Assembly (NCBI GenBank): GCA_964426415.1 | Contig: CAYRQM010000001.1 | Span: 2,803 to 66,802 of the forward strand | DNA length: 64,000 bases | Direction of reading: 5' to 3' | DNA from: an uncultured Christensenella sp. | GTDB lineage: Bacteria > Bacillota > Clostridia > Christensenellales > CAG-138 | Shown here: piece by piece, positions 11,308-20,241 of the stretch | How the letters are laid out: each line of letters starts with the position of its first letter | Numbering within the stretch: position 1 is the stretch's first letter | Notes under the pieces: model-generated | The model's input: only the letters and a program-made list of their open reading frames with translations | What the model was told of the DNA's origin: nothing | Databases searched by the model: none | Translations under genes and position numbers: made by a program

Positions 11308-11576
11308 GCCAAACGACGTGCAGCATTGGCGACGTCGTCGCCTCAAAGGCGGGGCGCGACGCAGGCAGAGCGTTCGTTGTGGTCGCGGTTTACGACGCCA
11401 ATTATGTGGCGCTCGTCGACGGCGTTTTGCGCACGGTCGCACGACCCAAAAAGAAAAAGTGCAAGCACCTTTCTTTGCAGGACGTGCCGCCCATGACGAT
11501 CACCGATGCGCTTGTAGATGCAGACTACCGCAAGTACCTTCGCGCACAGGGCTTTGCAGTCAACCGTAAACAGTAA
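11304..11576 (+). CDS. KOW-domain RNA-binding protein (small, conserved between map and infA in Clostridia)
   Basis: 90 aa starting at ATG 11304 (ATGA overlap with the map stop). [19 protein letters not shown] is KOW-like. Confidence 0.7.
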   Translation: MSQTTCSIGDVVASKAGRDAGRAFVVVAVYDANYVALVDGVLRTVARPKKKKCKHLSLQDVPPMTITDALVDADYRKYLRAQGFAVNRKQ

Positions 11577-11587
11577 GGAGGGATATT

Positions 11588-11954
<367 letters not shown>

Positions 11955-12055
11955 TCCCCGAAGGCAAATACTTGCGGGGCGGCTGGCACGCGAGTGCTTC
12001 CCGCAAGCGTAGATACAAAACAACATTCATTTTTTAACGGAGGTAGAGAAACAAT

Positions 12056-12424
12056 ATGGCACGTATTGCTGGCGTAGACCTTCCGAGAGATAAGCGAGTC
12101 GAAATCGGCTTGACCTACATTTTCGGTATCGGTCGCACAACCGCTTCCAAGATTCTTGCCGCGACGGGCGTCAACCCTGACATCCGTGTGCGCGATCTTG
12201 AAGAGAGCGATGTCAACAAGATCAGAGATTATATCGACCACAACGTCAAGGTTGAGGGCGATTTGAGACGTGAAACCTCGATGAACATCAAGCGGCTGAT
12301 TGAAATCGGCTGCTATCGTGGCGTCCGTCACCGCAAAGGTCTGCCCGTGAGAGGACAGTCCACCAAGCAGAACGCACGCACCCGCAAGGGCCCGAAGCGT
12401 ACGCAGGGCAGTAAGAAGAAGTAA
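12056..12424 (+). CDS. rpsM: 30S ribosomal protein uS13
   Basis: 122 aa, [14 protein letters not shown]. Confidence 0.97.
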   Translation: MARIAGVDLPRDKRVEIGLTYIFGIGRTTASKILAATGVNPDIRVRDLEESDVNKIRDYIDHNVKVEGDLRRETSMNIKRLIEIGCYRGVRHRKGLPVRGQSTKQNARTRKGPKRTQGSKKK

Positions 12425-12438
12425 GGAGGAGCGAAAAA

Positions 12439-12840
12439 ATGGCAAAAGGCAATATCAAGAAGTCCGCAACGCGTAAGCGTCGTGAGAAGAAGAACATCGA
12501 GCGCGGTGCAGCGCACATTCGCTCTTCGTTCAACAACACTTTGGTCACGATCACGGATACGCAGGGTAATGCGCTGGCTTGGTCGAGTGCAGGTTCCCAC
12601 GGGTTCCGCGGCTCGCGCAAGAGCACGCCGTTCGCCGCGCAGGTCGCCAGCGAAACCGCTGCAAAGGCAGCGATGGAGCACGGCCTGAAGACCGTCGAAG
12701 TGTATGTCAAAGGCCCCGGCTCCGGCCGTGAATCCGCGATTCGCGCATTGCAGACCGCAGGTTTGGACATCGTCTCCATCAAGGACGTGACGCCCATCCC
12801 GCACAACGGCTGCCGTCCGCCGAAGCGCAGAAGAGTCTAA
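12439..12840 (+). CDS. rpsK: 30S ribosomal protein uS11
   Basis: 133 aa, uS11-like ([11 protein letters not shown]...[13 protein letters not shown]). Confidence 0.97.
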   Translation: MAKGNIKKSATRKRREKKNIERGAAHIRSSFNNTLVTITDTQGNALAWSSAGSHGFRGSRKSTPFAAQVASETAAKAAMEHGLKTVEVYVKGPGSGRESAIRALQTAGLDIVSIKDVTPIPHNGCRPPKRRRV

Positions 12841-12854
12841 GGAGGGTATAGAAA

Positions 12855-13484
12855 ATGGCAAGATATACTGGTTCCGTTTGCAGACAGTGCCGCAGAGAAG
12901 GCACCAAGCTGTTTTTGAAGGGCGATCGCTGCTACTCCGATAAGTGCGCGATGACGCTGCGTCACACCCCTCCGGGTATGCATGGACAGGGCAGAAAGAA
13001 GCAGTCGAACTACGGCATCCAGCTGCGTGAAAAGCAGAAGGTGCGCAGAGCGTACGGCATTTTGGAGTCTCAGTTCCACAAGTACTACGAGATGGCAGCC
13101 AACATGAAGGGCGTCACCGGTGACAACATGCTTTCCTTGATCGAGCGTCGTCTTGACAACGTAGCATATCGTCTCAACTTTGGTGAAAGCCGTCCGATGG
13201 CGCGTCAGATGGTCACCCATGGTCACATCCTTGTGAACGGCAAGAAGGTCGACATCGCATCCTACCAAGTGAAGGAAGGCGACGAAATCTCCATCCGCGA
13301 CAAGAGCCGCGACGTTCCTTGCTTCAAGGCACTGCGCGAGCAGGGTGCGAAGCGCCCCGTATCCACTTGGTTGGAGCTGGACGCAGAGAACCTGAAGGGT
13401 CGCGTCATTGCGCTGCCGAAGCGTGAGAACATTGGCGATTTCACCATCGAAGAGCACAACATCGTCGAGTTCTACTCGAGATAA
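12855..13484 (+). CDS. rpsD: 30S ribosomal protein uS4
   Basis: 209 aa, [16 protein letters not shown], with an S4 domain. Confidence 0.97.
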   Translation: MARYTGSVCRQCRREGTKLFLKGDRCYSDKCAMTLRHTPPGMHGQGRKKQSNYGIQLREKQKVRRAYGILESQFHKYYEMAANMKGVTGDNMLSLIERRLDNVAYRLNFGESRPMARQMVTHGHILVNGKKVDIASYQVKEGDEISIRDKSRDVPCFKALREQGAKRPVSTWLELDAENLKGRVIALPKRENIGDFTIEEHNIVEFYSR

Positions 13485-13529
13485 GCCGAATAGGCGAACC
13501 GAAACGACATCACCGAAGGAGGGTATCAT

Positions 13530-14471
13530 ATGATAGAAATGGAAAAGCCCAAACTCGAATGCGTAGAGAGCACGAACAAGTACGGCAAGTTTGTCGTCGA
13601 GCCTCTTGAACGCGGATTTGGCACAACTCTGGGCAACTCGATGCGTCGAGTACTCTTAAGTAGCCTCCCCGGCGTAGCGGCAACGTCCATTCGTATCGAT
13701 GGCGTCCTGCACGAGTTCTCCACGATCGAGGGCGTCAAGGAAGACGTCACCGAGATCGTGCTCAACCTCAAGGAGCTGATTGTCAAGCTGCACAGCGATG
13801 AACCGAAAAAGGTCATCATCGATGCGGTAGGGCCCTGCGAAGTGAAGGCAGAAGACATTCTGCCCGATGCGGAGGTCGAGGTGGTCAACCCCGATCTGCA
13901 CATCGCCACCATCGACGCAGGCGGCAGGCTCCATATGGAGATCATGCTGGATCACGGCAGAGGATACGTTGTATCCGATCGCAACAAGCGTCCGGATATG
14001 CCGATCGGCGAGATCGCGGTAGACTCCATCTTCACACCGATCACCAAGGTCAACTTCACGGTTGAGAACACCCGTGTGGGTCAGATCACCGACTTTGACA
14101 AGCTGACGTTGGAAATCTGGACGGATGGCAGCATCCAGCCCGAGGAAGCGGCGTCCTTGGCGGCGAAGATTCTGACAGAGCATCTGTTGCTCTTCATCAA
14201 TCTCACCGAGCATGTACAGGACGTTGAAATCCTCAAGGAAAAGGACGACAAAAAGAAAGAAAAGATTCTCGAAATGAACATCGAAGATCTGGACTTGTCG
14301 GTTCGTTCTTACAACTGCCTCAAGCGCGCAGGCATCAACACGGTTGAAGAGCTTGTGCAGCGCGACGAGGATGAGATGATGAAGGTCAGAAACCTTGGCC
14401 GCAAGTCTCTCGAAGAAGTACAGCAAAAACTGGCGCAATTGGGCTTGTCCCTGCGCACGAACGAAGAGTAA
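13530..14471 (+). CDS. rpoA: DNA-directed RNA polymerase subunit alpha
   Basis: 313 aa. [25 protein letters not shown] at the N terminus and a C-terminal [14 protein letters not shown]. Confidence 0.97.
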   Translation: MIEMEKPKLECVESTNKYGKFVVEPLERGFGTTLGNSMRRVLLSSLPGVAATSIRIDGVLHEFSTIEGVKEDVTEIVLNLKELIVKLHSDEPKKVIIDAVGPCEVKAEDILPDAEVEVVNPDLHIATIDAGGRLHMEIMLDHGRGYVVSDRNKRPDMPIGEIAVDSIFTPITKVNFTVENTRVGQITDFDKLTLEIWTDGSIQPEEAASLAAKILTEHLLLFINLTEHVQDVEILKEKDDKKKEKILEMNIEDLDLSVRSYNCLKRAGINTVEELVQRDEDEMMKVRNLGRKSLEEVQQKLAQLGLSLRTNEE

Positions 14472-14484
14472 GGAGGAAGCAACA

Positions 14485-14991
14485 ATGGCAAATCGGAAAC
14501 TGGGAATGCCCTCTGACCAGCGTGTTGCAATGCTCAGAAATCAGACTACGGCACTCATTTGGAACGGGAAGATCGTTACCACCGCGACGAAGGCGAAGGA
14601 GATTCGCAGCATCGCGGAAAAGCTCATCACGCTTGCCGTGAACGAGTATGAAAACAGCGAGACCGTTGAAAAAGAAACGCACAACGAGAAGGATCAGATC
14701 GTCAAGGTCGAAAAGGCACAGGATCTGCCCTCCAAGTTGCACGCCCGCCGTCAGCTCATGGCATATCTGTATGATGTGCCCGAAGCAAAGTCCAAGGACG
14801 AGAGCAAGAGCGACTACAAAGAGCGCACCGCGGATAAAGCCCATCCCATCGTGGAGAAGCTGTTCCGTGAGCTGGGCCCGAAGTACGCGGCACGCGCAAA
14901 GGAAGGCAAGAAGGGCGGTTACACCCGCATGTTCAAGCTTGGGCCCCGTCGCGGTGACGCAGCGGACATGGTCGTGCTGGAGCTTGTCTAA
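14485..14991 (+). CDS. rplQ: 50S ribosomal protein bL17 (long form with internal acidic/Lys-rich insertions)
   Basis: Start at ATG 14485 after GGAGGA. The bL17 core has [10 protein letters not shown] at the N terminus and [15 protein letters not shown] at the C terminus. Confidence 0.93.
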   Translation: MANRKLGMPSDQRVAMLRNQTTALIWNGKIVTTATKAKEIRSIAEKLITLAVNEYENSETVEKETHNEKDQIVKVEKAQDLPSKLHARRQLMAYLYDVPEAKSKDESKSDYKERTADKAHPIVEKLFRELGPKYAARAKEGKKGGYTRMFKLGPRRGDAADMVVLELV

Positions 14992-15009
14992 CCCAAATCA
15001 CCACACAAA

Positions 15010-15039
15010 GGAGCTGTCGTTTGACGGTTCCTTTTTTTT
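15010..15039 (+). terminator. rho-independent terminator of the alpha operon
   Basis: GGAGCTGTC/GACGGTTCC stem (two G:U pairs) followed by a T9 run. Confidence 0.8.
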
Positions 15040-15145
15040 GTGGGCAAAGCGCAGCCGCCCGCTGTTTTGGGACGCGAATAGGACGGGGCAAATTTCAAAT
15101 GCGCAAGGCTTTGCGGAAAAGCAAGCGCCCTTCTTTCACGCTTCT

Positions 15146-15170
15146 CACTTTCTAACACTGTTAGCAAGTG
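15146..15170. repeat. 25-bp near-perfect palindrome CACTTTCTAACACTGTTAGCAAGTG
   Basis: 22 of 25 positions are self-complementary. It lies in repeat unit A. Confidence 0.8.
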
Positions 15171-15244
15171 TTAGAAAGCGTTAGAAAGCGTGAGCAAAAA
15201 TCTCCTTGTTTTCGGCATAAAATGCCCCTTTCCGCCGTGTTTCT

Positions 15245-15269
15245 CACTTGCCAACACTGTTAGAAAGTG
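15245..15269. repeat. second copy of the 25-bp palindrome (CACTTGCCAACACTGTTAGAAAGTG)
   Basis: Same motif 99 bp downstream of the first, in repeat unit B. Confidence 0.75.
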
Positions 15270-15318
15270 TTAGAAAGCGTGAGCAAAACCGCTTGCAGTA
15301 TCCCTTGCTTTTCGGTAC

Positions 15319-15347
15319 AAAAAACGCCGCAGAAGCTGCAGCGTTTG
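15319..15347 (-). terminator. rho-independent terminator of the VanW-like gene
   Basis: The minus strand reads AACGCTGCAG-CTTC-TGCGGCGTT followed by TTTTTT. Confidence 0.75.
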
Positions 15348-15372
15348 GAATGGTGAAAGGGCTTCCGTTGGC

Positions 15373-17196
15373 TTACGGGATGACGGGGATATCGACGTCG
15401 CCGGGATCGTCGGTCTCGCTGGGCTTGGGCGTGGTTACGGGGGCGGAGGTGGTGACGGCGCTGCCGACCTTTTGCTGCAGCTGAATCATTTTGTATTCGG
15501 TGTACTCGGTGTAGACCGTCTTGACAAACACGCCGTTGACGTACTGATCCACATAGATGTTGACCTTGTAGCCGTCGTGGGGGTTGCGCAGCACGATGGG
15601 ATCGTCGTCGGCAGACATATTCTTGTCGATGGTGATTTCGGGCGTGTACATGGCATAGGGCGTCTGCTCGACGATTTCGTTGCGGCAGCGATACTCCAAG
15701 CCCGCCTCGGAAAGCGTGCCATACACCTCTACGACGATGTCCTTGCGCCGCCCGCTGGTGGCGTCTTTTGTAATGTAGATGAACACATAGATGGTGTTGT
15801 CCAGCGTGTTGGTGAACTTGAAATCGATGTGGCCGTAATCGACCGTCGCGTCAAAGCCCAACCCGTCTACATACTTGCTGGTGACGTAATCGGACGGGAT
15901 GCTGTGCCCGGTGCGGATGTATTTGGTGACGCCTGCCCGCAGCAGCGCGTTGTACATGGTGGTGGACACTTGGCAGACGCCGCCGCCCGCTTCCTTGCGG
16001 TAGCCTTGGTTGTAGACGGCGTTGGCTTCTTCCCAGCCGGTGGAAACGGCGCGATTGCCCGTGGTGTCGTTGAAGCTGAACACTTCGCCCGGATTCAGCA
16101 CCAGAACGCGCATCAGTCCCGAAGCCTTGGAAATGTTGTGATCGCGTGCCACGGCGTTTTGGTATTCCTCCTCGGTGATGCCGGAGGACTTTTTGTAGCG
16201 GTATGAGGTGGAATACGACGACAGCAACGTCGTTTGCGCCTTGAGCATCTCGGTGGTCACGGCAGGCGTCGAGACGGAAACGGTGGGCGTGATGGTGGTT
16301 TGGTAAGCGCCGCTTTGAATCGCGGCTTCGACCTCGGCAAGCACGGCGTCATAGTCGATCTGCATGCCGCTGGTGCCATCGGTATAAGAGAAGTAGGGCT
16401 TGTAGCAGGTCGCGCCGTCGATGTCGTACGTTTCGTAAAGGACTTCGGCTTTGGCGTTCACGGCGTGCCCTTGAATGCTGTCGTTCATGGCGTAGAGCGA
16501 AGCCTGCAGCGTTTCATCGTCGTGGGTCAACGATACGGTGAGCGTCTTGGCGCCCTTCGCCGCCACGGCTTCGGCAAGCGCGGCGTTGAGCGCGTCGGCG
16601 GTGTAGGAAAGCCCAATCTGATCGGCGGTCAGCACTTGACTGACGCCCTCGTAGGAGATGGTGATGGCGACGGTTGCACGCTCCTGCTCCAACGCGGTGG
16701 CGACAGCGGCGCGGGCGCTTGCGACGGTCATGCCCTGCACGGACACGCCGTTGATGGTGACGTTTGCCGCAATCGTGTCGTCGTCCGAAACATTGGGCGA
16801 TGCGGTGGTGGAGGGATCGTTGGCGGGGGAGACGCAGGTGCTGCCGCTGCCGCAGTTGACCGCAATGCCGATGATGACGGCGACGATCAGAGCCAGCACG
16901 GCAAACAGCAATAGGAACATCGTGAAACGTCCCCAACGATTCTTTTTCTTTTTGCGCCGCTTTTGCGGCGGACGGGACGAACCGCTTGTGCCGCTTGCGT
17001 GGGCAGGCGCGGCAGAACGCGGTTTCGCGCTTGTGTTGGCAAATTGGTAGGTGCCGTTTGGCGCGGTGAATCCGTCGTCCGCGGACGACGCTTGGCGCAC
17101 GGGCGCCTTGCGCGCAGAGGAAAAGTCTCGCGCGAAGTCGGCAGTGTCAATCGTGTGACCGGAATGCGGTGTTTCCGTCGGTGCATATGTACTCAT
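15373..17196 (-). CDS. VanW-domain membrane protein (peptidoglycan-associated)
   Basis: The C-terminal region matches the VanW family (EVFSFNDTTGNR...GGGVCQVSTTMYNA...GFDATV). It has a single TM after a basic stretch. The start is set at MSTYAPT (ATG 17196), 6 nt after a -10 box; the alternative ORF-track start is 17304. Confidence 0.8.
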   Translation of the reverse strand: MSTYAPTETPHSGHTIDTADFARDFSSARKAPVRQASSADDGFTAPNGTYQFANTSAKPRSAAPAHASGTSGSSRPPQKRRKKKKNRWGRFTMFLLLFAVLALIVAVIIGIAVNCGSGSTCVSPANDPSTTASPNVSDDDTIAANVTINGVSVQGMTVASARAAVATALEQERATVAITISYEGVSQVLTADQIGLSYTADALNAALAEAVAAKGAKTLTVSLTHDDETLQASLYAMNDSIQGHAVNAKAEVLYETYDIDGATCYKPYFSYTDGTSGMQIDYDAVLAEVEAAIQSGAYQTTITPTVSVSTPAVTTEMLKAQTTLLSSYSTSYRYKKSSGITEEEYQNAVARDHNISKASGLMRVLVLNPGEVFSFNDTTGNRAVSTGWEEANAVYNQGYRKEAGGGVCQVSTTMYNALLRAGVTKYIRTGHSIPSDYVTSKYVDGLGFDATVDYGHIDFKFTNTLDNTIYVFIYITKDATSGRRKDIVVEVYGTLSEAGLEYRCRNEIVEQTPYAMYTPEITIDKNMSADDDPIVLRNPHDGYKVNIYVDQYVNGVFVKTVYTEYTEYKMIQLQQKVGSAVTTSAPVTTPKPSETDDPGDVDIPVIP

Positions 17197-17202
17197 ACTG
17201 GC

Positions 17203-17231
17203 ATTATACCAAATGTTCGCTCCATACTCAA
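17203..17231 (-). promoter_or_regulatory. sigma-70-type promoter TTGAGT-17-TGgTATAAT, N6 before ATG (leaderless candidate)
   Basis: The minus strand reads TTGAGTatggagcgaacatttggTATAATgccagtATG. No SD is present. Confidence 0.6.
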
Positions 17232-17298
17232 TAGGAAAAAAACATTTTGCAATTCGTACAAATACCGCGAGAAATGTGCGTGCCGCGACAAGTTTCAT

Positions 17299-17327
17299 TT
17301 GCATTCGAGATAATTTGATGATATAAT
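17299..17327 (+). promoter_or_regulatory. promoter TTGCAT-17-TATAAT for the dockerin protein gene
   Basis: Hexamers with 17-nt spacing, 31 nt upstream of ATG 17359. Confidence 0.6.
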
Positions 17328-17358
17328 CAATATGTAAGAATAGATGGAGGTGTACAAA

Positions 17359-18525
17359 ATGAAAAATCGTTTCTTTGCAACCCTTCTGAGTATTCTACTG
17401 TTATTCGCCTTGCTTCCGATCGGCAGCACCGAGGCGCTGATGGGGGTTACCTATGACGCCGCCACCGACACGCTGAACTGGGAGTATACGGCGCCGCCGG
17501 CCTACTACATGCTGCAAGTGGAATGGGGTTCGGTCATAGAGATGCTTGCCCCGCACCTTTCGGGGGAACTCACCTCTTTGCCCAATTTCAGCGATTACCT
17601 TTACGCATTTGGTTTCTATGGTCAGGTCAAGATTTGGCTTACCGCAATCGGGCAATCCGGCACCGGCTTCGGCTGCGCCGCGATTGTAAACATTCCGGCG
17701 CCTGCGGACAGCATCGTCCTGGCGACGCCGGTTTGCACGGCATCCTGCGATCACCGTGTCCATTGGGATGCCGTTCCAAATGCCGATCAATACGTCGTGC
17801 TCATTCAATACCCAAGTGGATCGAACGAGTCATACCAGCTGGCAAACACCACGACGTCTTATTTGGCGCCCAACAATACCACGGTTTCTGTTTATGCGCA
17901 AGCGCGTACGTCGCCGTATTTGAGCAGCGGCTATGGCGCGGTTTCCGTAGATGACAGTGTTCCGCACACGGTGTCCGCCTACACCACCGTCACGGAACCC
18001 ACTTGCACCGCAGCGGGCAGTGAATCGGGCGTTTGTTCGGTGTGCAGCCGGACGATTACGCGGGAAATTCCCGCCTTGGCGCATGCGCCCGCTGCGTATG
18101 CGGACATTCCCGCCACCTGCACGGAGGCGGGGCAGACGGGCGGCACCTATTGTTCGGTTTGCAACGAGCAGCTCACGGCGCCCACGGTCGTTGCGGCGTT
18201 GGGACACGATCCCACCTATGTCAGCAACGGCGATTGCACCCACACCGTCACCTGTTCGCGCTGCGACGAGGTGTTGGAGGCGAACGCGCCCTGTACGCCC
18301 GTTGACCATGTCTGCACGCTCTGCGGCGGCTATGTCTTCCTAAAGGGCGACGTCAACTTGGATACCGCCGTCACCGCGCAGGACGCTGCAGCTTTGATGC
18401 GCTACATCGTGGGGCTGGATGCGCTCACCGAAATCAAGCTGCTTGCCGCCAATGTGGACGGCGGAAGCCTCACATCGTCAGACGCCGCCTGCATTTTGCG
18501 GTATGTGGTCAACAGCGCTTGGTAA
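17359..18525 (+). CDS. secreted Cys-repeat protein with C-terminal dockerin-like module
   Basis: ATG 17359 lies after GGAGG. Signal peptide MKNRFFATLLSILLLFALLPIGSTEA. Three C-x-containing repeats (CTAAGSESGVCSVC; CTEAGQTGGTYCSVC; CTHTVTCSRC). C-terminal GDVNLDTAVTAQDAAALMRYIVG...NVDGGSLTSSDAACILRYVV resembles the duplicated dockerin Ca-binding segments. Confidence 0.7.
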   Translation: MKNRFFATLLSILLLFALLPIGSTEALMGVTYDAATDTLNWEYTAPPAYYMLQVEWGSVIEMLAPHLSGELTSLPNFSDYLYAFGFYGQVKIWLTAIGQSGTGFGCAAIVNIPAPADSIVLATPVCTASCDHRVHWDAVPNADQYVVLIQYPSGSNESYQLANTTTSYLAPNNTTVSVYAQARTSPYLSSGYGAVSVDDSVPHTVSAYTTVTEPTCTAAGSESGVCSVCSRTITREIPALAHAPAAYADIPATCTEAGQTGGTYCSVCNEQLTAPTVVAALGHDPTYVSNGDCTHTVTCSRCDEVLEANAPCTPVDHVCTLCGGYVFLKGDVNLDTAVTAQDAAALMRYIVGLDALTEIKLLAANVDGGSLTSSDAACILRYVVNSAW

Positions 18526-18539
18526 AAGTGCGATGCAAG

Positions 18540-18567
18540 CGGGCTTGCGGGATGCAGGCCCGTTTTT
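18540..18567 (+). terminator. rho-independent terminator
   Basis: CGGGCTTGC-GGGAT-GCAGGCCCG stem then TTTTT. Confidence 0.75.
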
Positions 18568-18569
18568 CG

Positions 18570-18598
18570 TTGCAAACGCGGCGGCGGTGTGATAGAAT
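18570..18598 (+). promoter_or_regulatory. promoter TTGCAA-17-TAGAAT (trmL)
   Basis: Hexamers and spacing read directly. SD GGAGG follows. Confidence 0.6.
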
Positions 18599-18616
18599 GG
18601 GCGACGGAGGTGCGGA

Positions 18617-19078
18617 ATGATTCATGTAGTATTGGTAGAGCCGGAGATCCCGCAGAACACGGGCAACATCTCCCGCACCTGCGCCGTGACGGGCGCCGCG
18701 CTGCATTTGGTGCGGCCGCTGGGGTTCTCCACGGACGACAAAAGCCTCAAGCGGGCAGGTCTGGATTATTGGGACGCGCTGACGCTTTTCTATTACGACA
18801 GCATCGAGAAAGTATGGGCGCAGTTTCCCGATGCACGCTTTTTCTATTGCAGCACGCACGCCGCGCATTCCTATGCCGATGTATCCTACCGCGACGGCGA
18901 TTTTCTGGTCTTTGGCAAGGAGACGGCAGGGCTGCCCAAATCGCTGCTGCGGGAACACGCGGACGATGCGATTCGCATCCCGATGGGCGACGGACAGCGC
19001 TCTTTGAACCTTTCCAACGCCGTTGCCATCGTCGTTTACGAATGTTTTCGCCAAAATCAGTTCTTTGGATTGAAATAA
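18617..19078 (+). CDS. trmL: tRNA (cytidine/uridine-2'-O-)-methyltransferase TrmL (SpoU/TrmH superfamily)
   Basis: 153 aa, collinear with my recollection of E. coli YibK/TrmL (VLVEPEIPQNTGNISRTCA...LNLSNAVAIVVYE). Confidence 0.88.
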   Translation: MIHVVLVEPEIPQNTGNISRTCAVTGAALHLVRPLGFSTDDKSLKRAGLDYWDALTLFYYDSIEKVWAQFPDARFFYCSTHAAHSYADVSYRDGDFLVFGKETAGLPKSLLREHADDAIRIPMGDGQRSLNLSNAVAIVVYECFRQNQFFGLK

Positions 19079-19091
19079 TCAAAAAAAGTAC

Positions 19092-19120
19092 TTGCAATGG
19101 CGCGATAGCTGTGGTAATAT
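19092..19120 (+). promoter_or_regulatory. promoter TTGCAA-17-TGgTAATAT (rpmB)
   Basis: Read directly. Confidence 0.55.
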
Positions 19121-19155
19121 AACACCGTTCGATTTTTAGCAAGGAGGTGGGCTGA

Positions 19156-19347
19156 ATGGGTAAGTACTGTGAAGTCTGCAATAAGGGAGTCATGTCCGGC
19201 AATACGGTCAGTCATTCCAACCGCAAGGCGAAGCGCAGCTGGGCGCCGAATGTGCAAACCGTACACGTGATCGTGGACGGCAGAGTGCAAAAGATGAGCG
19301 TTTGCACGCGTTGCTTGCGTTCCGGCAAAGTCGCAAGAAGTAACTAA
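19156..19347 (+). CDS. rpmB: 50S ribosomal protein bL28 (Cys-containing form)
   Basis: 63 aa, CEVC...SHSNRKAKRSWAPNVQ...CTRC. Confidence 0.94.
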   Translation: MGKYCEVCNKGVMSGNTVSHSNRKAKRSWAPNVQTVHVIVDGRVQKMSVCTRCLRSGKVARSN

Positions 19348-19355
19348 CGCCATGC

Positions 19356-19383
19356 AAGCCACCTTGCGGGGTGGCTTTTTTTG
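19356..19383 (+). terminator. rho-independent terminator after rpmB
   Basis: AAGCCACC-TTGCGG-GGTGGCTT then a T run. Confidence 0.85.
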
Positions 19384-19401
19384 TACCAAAAGGAGAACGC
19401 C

Positions 19402-20142
19402 GTGGTCATTACCGCCCGCACAAATCCGCGCATCAAAGCGGTGCGCGCACTGCACAGCGCCAAGGAACGCGCCCAAACCGGTCTGCACCTCATCGAGGGC
19501 GACAAGCTGGTGTGGGACGCGCTGCAAAGCGGCGCCCGTGTGCAAACGGTTTTTGCCACCGAGGGCGCGCGTGTGCCCGATGCGGTCGAAGTGGTCTGGG
19601 TCGACGCTGCCGTCATGGAAGCGCTTTCCTCGGTGCAGACGCCCCAACATCTGTGCGCGGTGGTCGAAACGCCCGATTGCAGCTGTCCCGCAGCCTTTCC
19701 GAGCGGGCTGCTGGTCGTGTTGGACTGCCTGCAGGATCCCGGAAACCTCGGCACCATTTTGCGCACGGCGGACGCGCTGGGCGCAAGCGGCGTTTTGCTG
19801 TCCCGCGATTCGGCAGACCCATTTTCCCCCAAGGCGCTGCGGGCGGCGATGGGCTCTACCTATCACCTGCCGCTGTGGACGGACGATTTGGACAGCGCGC
19901 TGCCGCGCTTGATCGCGCAAGGCTTCACCTGCATTTGTGGCCATCTTTGCGGCACGGAATCCCTGCCCAAGCCAAACCCCAAGACGGCGCTGGTGGTGGG
20001 GAACGAAGGCAACGGCGTCAGCGAAACCACGGCGAAGCTTTGCATCCCCTATCGGATGCCCATGCGAGGCCGTGCCGAATCCCTCAACGCCGCCATCTTC
20101 ACCGCGCTTTTGATGAAAGAGCTGCTGGACAAGATGGGATAG
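19402..20142 (+). CDS. TrmH/SpoU-family RNA 2'-O-methyltransferase (RlmB-like)
   Basis: LQDPGNLGTILRTADALG, VVGNEGNGVS and ESLNAAI motifs. GTG 19402 lies 5 nt after AGGAGA; the ORF-track TTG 19381 lies inside the rpmB terminator. Confidence 0.85.
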   Translation: MVITARTNPRIKAVRALHSAKERAQTGLHLIEGDKLVWDALQSGARVQTVFATEGARVPDAVEVVWVDAAVMEALSSVQTPQHLCAVVETPDCSCPAAFPSGLLVVLDCLQDPGNLGTILRTADALGASGVLLSRDSADPFSPKALRAAMGSTYHLPLWTDDLDSALPRLIAQGFTCICGHLCGTESLPKPNPKTALVVGNEGNGVSETTAKLCIPYRMPMRGRAESLNAAIFTALLMKELLDKMG

Positions 20143-20241
20143 TTTTCCGCTCACAATCCATATATATTATATGAAGAAACGCCCCCCAAATATTGGAAGG
20201 CGTTTTGTTGTTTTTCGTCCCGCTTGTGCAAAAAGAGCCGA

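Larger units (their letters stand above)
15141..15345. repeat. two tandem copies of a roughly 100-bp unit in the convergent rplQ/VanW intergenic region
   Basis: Unit A 15141-15240 and unit B 15241-15345 align by eye (TTCTCACTT.CYAACACTGTTAG.AAGTGTTAGAAAGCG..TGAGCAAAA...CCTTG.TTTTCGG.A.AAAA). The 10-mer TTAGAAAGCG is additionally duplicated in unit A. Confidence 0.75.

Noticed and set aside
11955-12055. Stem-loop CTTGCGGG...CCCGCAAG between rpmJ and rpsM as a uS4 autoregulatory leader
   Set aside because: The hairpin is real, but I cannot tie it to a defined regulatory RNA family from sequence alone. It is probably an ordinary intra-operon structure.
15150-15165. Shared 9-mer AACACTGTT between the 25-bp palindromes (15.1 kb) and the IS1595 terminal repeat (24434-24442), suggesting the palindromes might be MITE derivatives of the IS
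   Set aside because: Similarity does not extend beyond the 9-mer when the full IR and palindrome are aligned. One such 9-mer coincidence is about what chance predicts in 64 kb on two strands.
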